A DNA stretch of 16,165 bases from Chthoniobacteraceae bacterium (GTDB taxonomy: Bacteria; Verrucomicrobiota; Verrucomicrobiia; Chthoniobacterales; Chthoniobacteraceae): assembly GCA_031409335.1 (NCBI GenBank), contig JANNWY010000069.1:1-16165 (forward strand), read 5' to 3'. The number at the start of each line of letters is the position of its first letter. The stretch's first letter is position 1. Shown in pieces: positions 7,844 through 15,612 of the stretch. The notes beneath the pieces were generated by a model that worked only from the letters and a program-made list of their open reading frames with translations, had not been told where the DNA came from and did not search any database. The position numbers and the translations under genes are program-made.

Positions 7844-8596
7844 TCAACGCTTCCGCGCCGTCATCGCCTTGATCTGATCGCGCAACTCCGCCGCCTTCTC
7901 GTACGCTTCCTGTGCGATCGCCCGATCCATTTCGCGCCGCATTTTTTCCAGCTTGGTCAGCGGTTGATTCGCGCGGATTTCCTCCAGCCACTCCTGGAGA
8001 AACGACAGCTCCGGGCTCTGCTGGATCATCTCGATGTTCTCGGTCTTTTCGTAGAAATGGCGGATTTCCTCCATGCCCTTTTCGATCAGCGCGACGGCGT
8101 CCGCGTGCTTCTCGCGCTCGATCGCGATCGACGCCTTGGCGCGCGTATTCATCATCCGCACGTACGGCGTGAATTGCTCGACCGACCACGCGAGGTCCTC
8201 ATTCGTCGAATGCGTGGAGACGAATTCAAACATCTCGAGATTGCGCGCGGTGTCGCGGATCACGCCGAGGAAATCATTGAGCTGAAAGAGCGAAATGTAG
8301 CGGTGGTAATACTGGATGCCCTCCTGCTGCAGCTCGCTGATTTCCTCCGGGGAAAGCTGATACTCTTCCGTCTTTTTCGCGGCCCGTTCGGCGCGGCGCG
8401 TGTGGTATTGCAGGAGGGACTCGCAGTCGTATGGCTCCAGTCCATCGGGTCGCCCGGTCACTTCCATCTGGATCAATCCGAGGTCGATCCTCAGTTGGAT
8501 TTTCTCCTTATGGTCGGCACCTAAAATTTTACGGACTTTGATTTGCCCGGGCTCATGGGGCCAATCCCGCAGCAGATCGTTCAAGTCTAGACTCAT
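7844..8596 (-). CDS. Conserved helical protein with C-terminal UVR (UvrB/UvrC) coiled-coil motif, function unknown (250 aa)
   Basis: C-terminus KLEKMRREMDRAIAQEAYEKAAELRDQIKAM matches the UVR motif. N-terminal region has IQLRIDLGLIQMEVTGRPDG and EGIQYYHRY..RDTARN. No helicase or nuclease motifs. Clear promoter upstream. Confidence 0.85.
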   Translation of the reverse strand: MSLDLNDLLRDWPHEPGQIKVRKILGADHKEKIQLRIDLGLIQMEVTGRPDGLEPYDCESLLQYHTRRAERAAKKTEEYQLSPEEISELQQEGIQYYHRYISLFQLNDFLGVIRDTARNLEMFEFVSTHSTNEDLAWSVEQFTPYVRMMNTRAKASIAIEREKHADAVALIEKGMEEIRHFYEKTENIEMIQQSPELSFLQEWLEEIRANQPLTKLEKMRREMDRAIAQEAYEKAAELRDQIKAMTARKR

Positions 8597-8605
8597 CTTG
8601 AGCCG

Positions 8606-8634
8606 AGTATCGAAACGCGCGGTGGCTTTGTCAA
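8606..8634 (-). promoter_or_regulatory. Sigma70-type promoter of the UVR-protein/ABC/rhomboid operon
   Basis: Minus strand reads TTGACA (8634-8629), 17 nt, GATACT (8611-8606), 9 nt, ATG (8596). Perfect -35, 4/6 -10, no SD sequence. Confidence 0.7.
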
Positions 8635-8693
8635 CGAACGCAACTGCGCGACCGGGCGGAATGCACCAGATTGTTCAAACATCGGCGCGCGCG

Positions 8694-8721
8694 TTGACTT
8701 ACACGATTAGGGATTCAGAGT
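8694..8721 (+). promoter_or_regulatory. Possible divergent sigma70-type promoter for the DUF2007 gene
   Basis: TTGACT (8694-8699), 16 nt, CAGAGT (8716-8721). The -10 is weak. Confidence 0.35.
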
Positions 8722-8797
8722 TACGCGCGGAAGGAGGGACACCGGGGCGCGTTTTCTAAACAACCAGAACTGAACGAATCACGATTTCATCAACAAC

Positions 8798-9250
8798 ATG
8801 GATCCATACACAAAACTGGCGGTCTTCAACGAACTGGCACCCGCGGAAGCGCTCGCCGCTCGTCTCAAAAGCAGCGGCCTCGATGCTTCCGTTCACGACG
8901 AATCGACGCAGCAGCAGTGGCAGCTTTGGAATCTCGATCCGCGCGCGCATCTGCACGTGCGCGTCCTCGCGGATCAGGAGGCGCGGGCATTGGAACTCGT
9001 CCACGCGTGGACGGCTGCCGACCCTGCGAGTCTTCAAGCGGTGCGTTGCCCGGACTGCGGATCATTCCAGGTGGAGTATCCGCAATTCTCGCGCAAGACG
9101 CTCGTCGGCGCGCTGCCATCGGCGCTGGCTGCCGCGGGACTGATCGAGCGAAACTACTTTTGCAGCGCGTGCCAGTTCACCTGGCCCGCTGATCCGGCAA
9201 AAGCGGAGCCGGAACTTGACGTGCTCAACTGGCCGAAAAAGAAGCCGTAA
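8798..9250 (+). CDS. DUF2007-like (putative signal-transducing) domain protein with split zinc ribbon (150 aa)
   Basis: N-terminal AVFNELAPAEALAARLKSSGLDASVHDES...LHVRVLADQEARALELV resembles DUF2007. CPDCGS and FCSACQFTW knuckles flank a short hydrophobic segment. Confidence 0.78.
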   Translation: MDPYTKLAVFNELAPAEALAARLKSSGLDASVHDESTQQQWQLWNLDPRAHLHVRVLADQEARALELVHAWTAADPASLQAVRCPDCGSFQVEYPQFSRKTLVGALPSALAAAGLIERNYFCSACQFTWPADPAKAEPELDVLNWPKKKP

Positions 9251-9266
9251 GGCAGCGCGAAGCAGC

Positions 9267-10334
9267 TTACTTTTTCAGCAATGGCGTTCCCTTCCGCTTG
9301 CTGCGGAAGATGCCCCGCGCGTCGGTGATCGAGACGCCGTCGATGAAGAACGCGACTGCTGCGCGACCGATGGCATAGGTGCCCGCGCCGGCGACTCCGC
9401 CGGAGATGGCGCTGCCCCAGATCGGGACGAGCTTCGCCGCGGCGCGCGCGCCTTCGCGGAGGATGAGCCCGGTGCCGATGTTTGCGCCGACCGCGGCGAG
9501 GAATTCGGCGGCGCGCTTCGCATTCATCTCGCGTCCGCTGACGTGCATGATGCTGGCGACCATCGCGGCCTGGAGCGAGGTGAGGATCGGGAAATCGGCG
9601 AGCGGGATGGGCTGCGCGGCGACGGCGGCGCACATCGCGGTGACGGATTTGATGACGATCTGCGCGATCTGGCGTTGCAGCTCCTTGTTGCCGGAAAGGC
9701 GCGCCATTTCGAGCTGCGATTCCGGCGGGAGTTCCAGCGCGATGTTTTGCGAAAGCAGCCCGGCGTGAGCGAGCGCAACGACGGAGCTGGTGCGCGCCGC
9801 GAGGTCGCGGCGGCCTTGCAAGGCGTCGAATGCCGCGGCGTCATCGTCTCTTATCGGCACGCCAACGATGGTCGGCCGGGCATCGTGATTGCGATCGGTA
9901 AAGGCGATGATGGCGGCGGCGTGATCGAGGTCATCGGCGAGTCCGCGCGCACCGGCGGAACTTTCGTGCAAAAAGAGAAACAAGTCGGGCGGCTCCGCGC
10001 CGAGCGCGCGGCTGAGCGCAGCGAGCGCGGCCGGGCGGCGGGCATCGAGCACCCGCAGAGTGCCGCGTCCACTGCGCGCGAATTCCTGCCACGACGTGCT
10101 TTGCACGGCATCCTCCTCGGGACGCGCGACGGTTTCGCCGAAGAGCGCATTCACCAGCGCGGTGCGGCTGGCGGCGCGGTCGCCGAGCAGCACGATCCGC
10201 GGCGGGCGCTGGAGGAGGAAAAGCGTCTTGATCGGCGTGATCTCGCGGAGGATCGGCGCGCGCAGGCCGTCGGGCAGCCGCTGCACGAGGGCTTCGAGTT
10301 TTTCGTAGATGGAGAGGAAGATGGATTGTTTCAT
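9267..10334 (-). CDS. Era/YcjF-like GTPase-fold plus DUF697 domain protein with degenerate G motifs (355 aa)
   Basis: RPPRIVLLG..ALVNALFG and LRVLD scaffold of small GTPases. C-terminal QPIPLADFPILTSLQAAMV..KLVPIWGSAISGGVAGAGTYAIGRAA is typical of DUF697. Confidence 0.8.
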   Translation of the reverse strand: MKQSIFLSIYEKLEALVQRLPDGLRAPILREITPIKTLFLLQRPPRIVLLGDRAASRTALVNALFGETVARPEEDAVQSTSWQEFARSGRGTLRVLDARRPAALAALSRALGAEPPDLFLFLHESSAGARGLADDLDHAAAIIAFTDRNHDARPTIVGVPIRDDDAAAFDALQGRRDLAARTSSVVALAHAGLLSQNIALELPPESQLEMARLSGNKELQRQIAQIVIKSVTAMCAAVAAQPIPLADFPILTSLQAAMVASIMHVSGREMNAKRAAEFLAAVGANIGTGLILREGARAAAKLVPIWGSAISGGVAGAGTYAIGRAAVAFFIDGVSITDARGIFRSKRKGTPLLKK

Positions 10335-10349
10335 TCGGAAAGGCGGCGG

Positions 10350-10450
10350 CTCATCCTCCTGCTCTTGATCTTGATCTTAATCTTAATCCTCCGAAATGCG
10401 ATGAGGGGAAGATCAAGATGAGGAGCAAGATCAGGAGCAGGAGATGAAGA
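10350..10450. repeat. Degenerate hexamer tandem array arranged as an inverted repeat
   Basis: Left arm CTCCTGCTCTTGATCTTGATCTTAATCTTAATCCT aligns to the reverse complement of the right arm, CTCCTGCTCCTGATCTTGCTCCTCATCTTGATCTT, with 6 mismatches in 35 nt. The element fills most of the intergenic space after the bcp stop. Confidence 0.8.
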
Positions 10451-10918
10451 CTACAACACCGCGAGCAATTGCGCCGCGTGTTCGTCGGGTTTCACTTTGC
10501 GGAAGATGGCTTTGATTTTCCCATCGGTGCCGATGACGAACGTGCTGCGCTCGGTGCCGAAATACGTTTTCCCATACATACTTTTTTCGACCCACACACC
10601 GTAGTCGCTGACGATTTTCTTGTCGTCATCACTGAGCAGCGGAAATGGCAGCGCGTATTTTTCGATGAACTTTGCGTGGCTCTTCGCGGGGTCGATGCTC
10701 ACGCCGAAGACCTCGGCTTTCCCGGCAAAGTCCTGCCACGCGTCGCGCAGTCCGCACGCTTGTTTCGTGCAGCCGGGCGTGTCGTCTTTTGGGTAAAAAT
10801 AGAGCACCACGGTTTTGCCTTTGAGATCGGTGAGCGAGACGGATTGGCCGTCGTACTTTCCGCCGGTGGCAGTGGCGGAAAATGCGGGTGCTTTCGAGCC
10901 GGGTTGGAGTTCGGGCAT
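10451..10918 (-). CDS. bcp: Peroxiredoxin Q / bacterioferritin comigratory protein
   Basis: VVLYFYPKDDTPGCTKQACGLRD (PxxxTxxC plus resolving Cys), SHAKF..PFPLLSD, YGVWVEKSMYGK and ERSTFVI. Confidence 0.96.
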   Translation of the reverse strand: MPELQPGSKAPAFSATATGGKYDGQSVSLTDLKGKTVVLYFYPKDDTPGCTKQACGLRDAWQDFAGKAEVFGVSIDPAKSHAKFIEKYALPFPLLSDDDKKIVSDYGVWVEKSMYGKTYFGTERSTFVIGTDGKIKAIFRKVKPDEHAAQLLAVL

Positions 10919-10923
10919 GGGGG

Positions 10924-10952
10924 AGAATGCGCGCGGATCAGGCGGTGTTCAA
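10924..10952 (-). promoter_or_regulatory. Probable leaderless sigma70-type promoter for bcp
   Basis: Minus strand reads TTGAAC (10952-10947), 17 nt, CATTCT (10929-10924), CCCCC, ATG (10918). Confidence 0.5.
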
Positions 10953-11144
10953 CTTTCGCGGTTGAGTGAACCGACGGGCGGCTGCGGTTTCCTGCCCACG
11001 GGAGATGCTGCGAATTGCGCATCGGTCGCCGATTTTCGAGGAGCGAAAAATGAATCCTGCTGGGTGGGCTGTAGTCCGCGCGGTCCCGGGCATCGGGATT
11101 GCTGGCGGCGCGAAGGGTTTTTCCACATCCTAGACGCCACGCCC

Positions 11145-14100
11145 ATGAAGCCGCCGAACGCCCCTGCACCGCCCGACCATTCCGCACCGCTCCGCGAAGC
11201 CGGACTCGCCACTCCGCCCGCGAATGCGCCAAGCGCGAAGTGGATTCAATACATCAACCTGAAACTCGCCGCGCTCGGCACGGCGACGCTCGAACTCGGC
11301 AACGATCCTGAGTTTCAGGAAATGACCGCATCACTCCTCGCCTATCAGCGTGAGACCCACCGGCTGCTGGCAAATTATCAGTGCCCCGCGGACAAGCGCA
11401 TTCAGACATTTCTCCACGACTACCTGCAAGATGCGCCCGTCGCGAAACTGCCGGCGCGCACTTTCGTCCTCGATCGCTACGGGCTTGCGCGCGCGATTTC
11501 GCTACCGCCGACGCGCGATCATTTCGCGTCGGACATCATCCATTCGTATCGGATCAAGCAGGGCGTGCTGCACAATCCGAAGAGCGACCGGCGGACGACG
11601 CAAGGCATTTTCCATGTCGCCGAGGGCGGGCTCGCGGTGCCGGCGGACAAGGTAAGCGTGCCAGTCGGCGCATTCGCGAAAATGCTGCAACTCGCGCTGA
11701 CGCCGCCGCACGAATTGCTCGCGCTGCCTTTCACCTCCGCGCAGGCAGCACAGGCGGAATGCTGGGTGTCGCTGCTGCTGCGGCCCGCGGTGTGCCCGGA
11801 GGTCGCGGGCGTGAATTCGGAGAAGTCGATGGAGATTCGATTTTTTGCGCCCGGAAGTTTGGTGAGCAATCTGGATTTCGTGGAAAGCGTGTTCGGGAAT
11901 GCGGGCGATCCGTTCCTGCCGGAGTGCGACGCGGCGCTCGATCCTGAGCATTGGTCGGGACACACCGGCTGCGTGATCCTCGCGCCGCATCTGATCCGCG
12001 TGACCAAGAAAGAACTCGGCCTCCCGCGCTGGGAGGATGCGACCGAACGGCAGCGATGCGACGGTGTTTGCTGGAAAGAAGAAGGCGAACTCTACAACGG
12101 CGGCGGCGCGTTCAAGCTCACGTGTCGCGACGAGAGCGGCGTGATCGTGACGATCATCGCGGACAATTATTTCGGTTACTGCAAAAAGGAGGTGAAGACG
12201 CAGGTGAGTTTCGCGGCGAATCTGCTCGGGCGCGCGGAGGAGGAGCACGCGGGCGGCGCGCTGGTTTTCCCGAGCTACGATCTCGGCGAGGCATTTCACG
12301 GTGAACTGCACGTGCGAAAACTCGACCACACGTTTGGCGAAATGATCGCGCTGTATGGCGAAGTGATGGAGCTGCGCCCCGAGGGGTACGCGGTCGATCG
12401 CAGGTTTCGCGACATTCTTTACGTGCCGGAAGATGCGCATTTCGATCTGCACCGGCAGAGCATCGCGTGGACTCGCGATGGCGTGGCGGCGACGATCAAA
12501 CTGCTGCCGGGCCGTACCTACGTCCGGCCTTCCGGCTACAAAGTGCGCATGGAAAAACCGCCGGGCGGGCGCGCGTGGCGGCTCGTCGGCACGGTCGCGG
12601 AAGGCACGCTGTGCCACAAGCCGAGCACCGTTTCGGGCGGCGGAAAGTCGGAGATTTCCAAGCCGATCACCGACGCGATTTTGCAGGGGCCGGTCTTCGT
12701 CGCGGATTTCAAAAGCGACTTCGACGCGGTGGAAAAACTCATCGGGCGAAACTACGCGGGACGTTTTCGCGGCGGGCGCACGAAGGAAACCAGCCGCCCG
12801 CTTTTGAGCGCGGAGCGTTCGCTCGGATCGGTCATCAAAATGCTGACGCCGTCGCCGGAATACACGGACGAGTATTCCGATTTTTTGAAAACGGTCCCGC
12901 AGTACATCAGCGAACTCGTGTTCGTGGTGAAGCGCTTTTACAAACCGGAATGGGGCGCAAACTGGCGCGAGCATTTCAGCGTGGACATCATCAATGGCGC
13001 GCCGGGCTACGAACTGAAATGCGGCAACCGCAAGCTCGTCTCCGCGAATCTCCGCGTCGGATTCGACACCGATGGCGCGTGGCGAACGTTCGGTTTGCGG
13101 AAGGATTTCCAGCCGTCGGTAAAGCTCGCGATGGAGGACGACATCACGGCTTCCACCGTCGTCCCCGCCGCGGCGTTGCAGCATCTCGATCCGAGCTACA
13201 CGCAGCCGTCGGTGAAGTTCGTGAAGAACTGCGAATACCGGCTCTTCCAGCGGCCCGACGACGCGGTGCATCGCGGCTACGACAAGCAGACCGAACTCGA
13301 TTTCACGCGGCCCGGAAACTTTCTCTCGAACTACGAACCGCTCACGCCAGCGCGGGCAGCGGACGCGATCGAAGATTCGATCGGCTTCGATCAATTCACC
13401 GCGCCGATGCAGCAGTTCATCCGCGAAGCCGCGGGCGGGAATGACGGGACATATTTCGCGTGCTCCGCGCAGCCGCGCATCGTCGAGGGCAAGCCCACGA
13501 AAAACCCGCGCTATCTCCAAGCCCGCACCGACCTGCTGAATCCCCGCGACACCTGGCTCGCGGAAATGGCGATCCGTCTCTTCCGCCGCATCCCGCTTGG
13601 CCTGCCCGTCCACACCCCGGTGAATGCCGTGCTGCCCGGGCGCCGCAACAATCCGCCAGAACCCGGCATCCGCGCGCTCGCCGTGTTCAATCCGATCCAC
13701 TACCTCGAACTTCCCGAGCTGTTCCTAGAATTCATTTGCAGCATGACCGGCAAGTCGCCGTCCACGACCGGCGCAGGCTCGGAAGGCGCGCTGACCAAAG
13801 GCCCGTTCAACGCGCTGCCGCCGATCATCGACCTCAACGCCGCGCTCGTTTCCTACCTGCTCACCGGCAACGCCGTCTTCGTCACGGCGGCGGGATATGT
13901 CGGGCCGGATTTTCGCGTCGATCACGATGTCAGCCTGCTCGTTCCGGAAGTGTGGTGCCGCATGTCCGTCGCCGAGCGCGATCCGCAGTGGCTCCTCGCC
14001 GAGGGCTGTCTGGAAAAGTGCGCGGACTTCGCGCACGCGGGCAAGCCGGTGCTCGCGAGCCGGCTCGGCTGCCGCATCACGAGCCGGTTCGTCACGCGAT

Positions 14101-14624
14101 TCTTCGGCCGCATTTTCAATCATCCCGGCACCGTCTTCACCGACGCGATGCTGCGCCCGGAATTGCAAAGCGCGGACACTTTCGCCGACGGCATGGACAA
14201 CATCGTGGAAACGCAGCGGCGCGTGGCGCAGCTCTATTTCGACGACGGCAGCATCGCCGCCGCGTGTCCGCCGCTGCGCGCGCTTTTGCACATCATGAAG
14301 GACGGAAGCAGCGAAGGCAAAGGGCTCGGCGCGCCGGAAATCCGCGCGCTTTTCACGCGGGAAAATATGCTCGCGAGCGACTGGTACGCCGCGCGCCTCG
14401 CCGCGCAGCAAACCGTCGATCGCGCCCACCTCGAGCGCGGCGTGCGCGCGCTCACCGCCTTTGCGGGAAAAGCCAGCTACACCGAGGAAGCCGCGCGCCT
14501 CGGCATCGCCGCGCGGCTCGAGCACGCGCGAAAACTTCTCGAAACCGTAAAAACGCCCGCCTACCTCGGCACCCTGCGCGGGACCATCGGCGCGCCAACC
14601 CTTACCGCAGCACGCCTATCGTAG
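11145..14624 (+). CDS. PPi-dependent phosphoenolpyruvate carboxykinase (PEP carboxytransphosphorylase), ~1159 aa
   Basis: Size ~1150 aa and motifs YINLKL, QGVLHNPKSDRRTTQGIFHVAEGG, SNLDFVESVFGNAGDP, ADNYFGYCKKEVKTQ, EEEHAGGA, CHKPSTVSGGGKSEISK, NCEYRLFQRPDDA and TGKSPSTTGAGSEGALTKGPFN, as recalled for the Entamoeba/Propionibacterium-type PPi-PEPCK family. ATG 11145 is preferred because the 10815 start overlaps bcp. Confidence 0.9.
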   Translation: MKPPNAPAPPDHSAPLREAGLATPPANAPSAKWIQYINLKLAALGTATLELGNDPEFQEMTASLLAYQRETHRLLANYQCPADKRIQTFLHDYLQDAPVAKLPARTFVLDRYGLARAISLPPTRDHFASDIIHSYRIKQGVLHNPKSDRRTTQGIFHVAEGGLAVPADKVSVPVGAFAKMLQLALTPPHELLALPFTSAQAAQAECWVSLLLRPAVCPEVAGVNSEKSMEIRFFAPGSLVSNLDFVESVFGNAGDPFLPECDAALDPEHWSGHTGCVILAPHLIRVTKKELGLPRWEDATERQRCDGVCWKEEGELYNGGGAFKLTCRDESGVIVTIIADNYFGYCKKEVKTQVSFAANLLGRAEEEHAGGALVFPSYDLGEAFHGELHVRKLDHTFGEMIALYGEVMELRPEGYAVDRRFRDILYVPEDAHFDLHRQSIAWTRDGVAATIKLLPGRTYVRPSGYKVRMEKPPGGRAWRLVGTVAEGTLCHKPSTVSGGGKSEISKPITDAILQGPVFVADFKSDFDAVEKLIGRNYAGRFRGGRTKETSRPLLSAERSLGSVIKMLTPSPEYTDEYSDFLKTVPQYISELVFVVKRFYKPEWGANWREHFSVDIINGAPGYELKCGNRKLVSANLRVGFDTDGAWRTFGLRKDFQPSVKLAMEDDITASTVVPAAALQHLDPSYTQPSVKFVKNCEYRLFQRPDDAVHRGYDKQTELDFTRPGNFLSNYEPLTPARAADAIEDSIGFDQFTAPMQQFIREAAGGNDGTYFACSAQPRIVEGKPTKNPRYLQARTDLLNPRDTWLAEMAIRLFRRIPLGLPVHTPVNAVLPGRRNNPPEPGIRALAVFNPIHYLELPELFLEFICSMTGKSPSTTGAGSEGALTKGPFNALPPIIDLNAALVSYLLTGNAVFVTAAGYVGPDFRVDHDVSLLVPEVWCRMSVAERDPQWLLAEGCLEKCADFAHAGKPVLASRLGCRITSRFVTRFFGRIFNHPGTVFTDAMLRPELQSADTFADGMDNIVETQRRVAQLYFDDGSIAAACPPLRALLHIMKDGSSEGKGLGAPEIRALFTRENMLASDWYAARLAAQQTVDRAHLERGVRALTAFAGKASYTEEAARLGIAARLEHARKLLETVKTPAYLGTLRGTIGAPTLTAARLS

Positions 14625-14640
14625 CGACACTTCTATGCGC

Positions 14641-14658
14641 GGCAGCTTCTGCTTTTTT
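14641..14658 (+). terminator. Weak putative intrinsic terminator after PPi-PEPCK
   Basis: GCAG-CTT-CTGC hairpin followed by TTTTTT, about 17 bp after the TAG. The stem is very short. Confidence 0.3.
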
Positions 14659-14689
14659 GGCGACCCTCACCTGCCCCTTTTCGTGAGCC

Positions 14690-15466
14690 TCAGAATCCGC
14701 TGAAAAAGTCCTGTTCGAGAAGTTTCGACTGCGCCGCAACAGCCACATCGATTGCGCGAACGACGGTCGCCGTTTTACTGCTGTTGGAACCTTCCATGGC
14801 TTTTGCCTCCACTTTGTTGGGCAGTACAAACTTGGATCGCCAGAGGCGCCGCTCATCGGGGATGGCGAACATACTGCCCGAAATGGAAGCAGTTGCCTTC
14901 CGACCGGATAGCGGGAGAAAAGCATAGACCACTTGGATTTGCCCTACGGCGTACATATCCAAGAATAACGCTGCGTCATAACCTTTCAAATAAGTCTCCC
15001 GCCCAGGGAGCGGCTTGGCGGCACCAGACTTGAACGAATGAGGATGAAACTCCTTTCTCAACGGGTGGACTTTCAACAAATCTGCCTTGTAGCCAAGACT
15101 GCCCATCCGCGCCGCAAATCGAGATCCCGCGGCATCGACACTGGCTTGCGATGGGTAGCCTTCCAATTCCCGCCTGCCGCCGGAGGCGATGGCGTGATTG
15201 ATAGCGATATCCAGCGCGCCTTGCGGTCCTTGGTGCAAAATGGTCGCCTTGGGCGCTTCCATCGTGACCACTGCGACCTTCGCGCCTCGAGTCCGCCGAA
15301 ATGTCGAATCGACTGGAATGGAGCTGACGCAGCCGCTGAATCCGGCTGCACAGACGACCAGGGCGACTAACAAGGGAGGCAATGGACGGAGTCGGTTCCT
15401 GAGGGGAATAGCCTTCTTGGCGCGCGGGACTGAATGGGTGGCTTGTTTTATCGGTTTCATGTGCAT
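14690..15466 (-). CDS. Hypothetical lipoprotein (~258 aa)
   Basis: AGGA 5 nt before ATG 15466 (MHMKPIK). Basic n-region, h-region LLVALVVCAAG and lipobox FSGC. Mature part has alternating alpha/beta patterns (KVAVV, YDAALFLD, ASISGSMF..RRLWR). Lower GC than the core genes. Confidence 0.75.
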   Translation of the reverse strand: MHMKPIKQATHSVPRAKKAIPLRNRLRPLPPLLVALVVCAAGFSGCVSSIPVDSTFRRTRGAKVAVVTMEAPKATILHQGPQGALDIAINHAIASGGRRELEGYPSQASVDAAGSRFAARMGSLGYKADLLKVHPLRKEFHPHSFKSGAAKPLPGRETYLKGYDAALFLDMYAVGQIQVVYAFLPLSGRKATASISGSMFAIPDERRLWRSKFVLPNKVEAKAMEGSNSSKTATVVRAIDVAVAAQSKLLEQDFFSGF

Positions 15467-15612
15467 ATTCGTCCTACTTCCTACATATAAAAGGTTAGCG
15501 TTGATCCAATGACAACCCGTTCGAGCAGGGTGGCATTCTCCAAAAGCAGAGAAAACAGTTGCTGATCTCCCCCCACGAATCATCGTTCAGGGCTTCCTAC
15601 GTGGGTGCTTTT

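Noticed and set aside
7740..8189. N-terminal extension of the SBP ORF to 807 aa, suggesting a fusion or long overlap with the UVR gene
   Set aside because: The extension is an off-frame reading of the UVR gene with low-complexity Arg/Gly content. The lipobox places the real start near 7739-7811.
7844..8596. Calling this gene uvrB or uvrC
   Set aside because: Only the ~35-aa UVR motif is shared. There are no helicase, GIY-YIG or RNase H-like domains, and the protein is far too short.
8723..8755. ACGCGC...GCGCGT-TTT hairpin as an attenuator or riboswitch upstream of the DUF2007 gene
   Set aside because: Only a 6-bp stem with a large, poorly paired loop and a short U tract. No recognisable aptamer.
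9216..10421. 401-aa plus-strand ORF ending in LILLLLILILILIL, resembling a TM anchor
   Set aside because: Antisense to the DUF697 gene. The hydrophobic run is simply the translation of the hexamer repeat.
1076..10918. trxB and bcp as a dedicated redox gene cluster
   Set aside because: They are 8.4 kb apart in different transcription units with unrelated genes between, and both are ubiquitous housekeeping genes.
10815..11144. 110-aa N-terminal extension of PPi-PEPCK in the ORF track
   Set aside because: It overlaps bcp and its promoter on the opposite strand. Family similarity begins only near YINLKL, just after ATG 11145.
11502..13700. 732-aa antisense ORF, plus overlapping 408-, 325- and 266-aa alternative-frame ORFs within PPi-PEPCK
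   Set aside because: Shadow ORFs expected from high-GC codon bias. They are Arg/Ala-rich with no motifs and overlap a well-supported gene.
15467..15612. Integron attC site between the two low-GC lipoprotein genes
   Set aside because: No correctly oriented complementary RYYYAAC/GTTRRRY pair with a pairing interior. CAGCAAC...GTTGTCA matches only partially.
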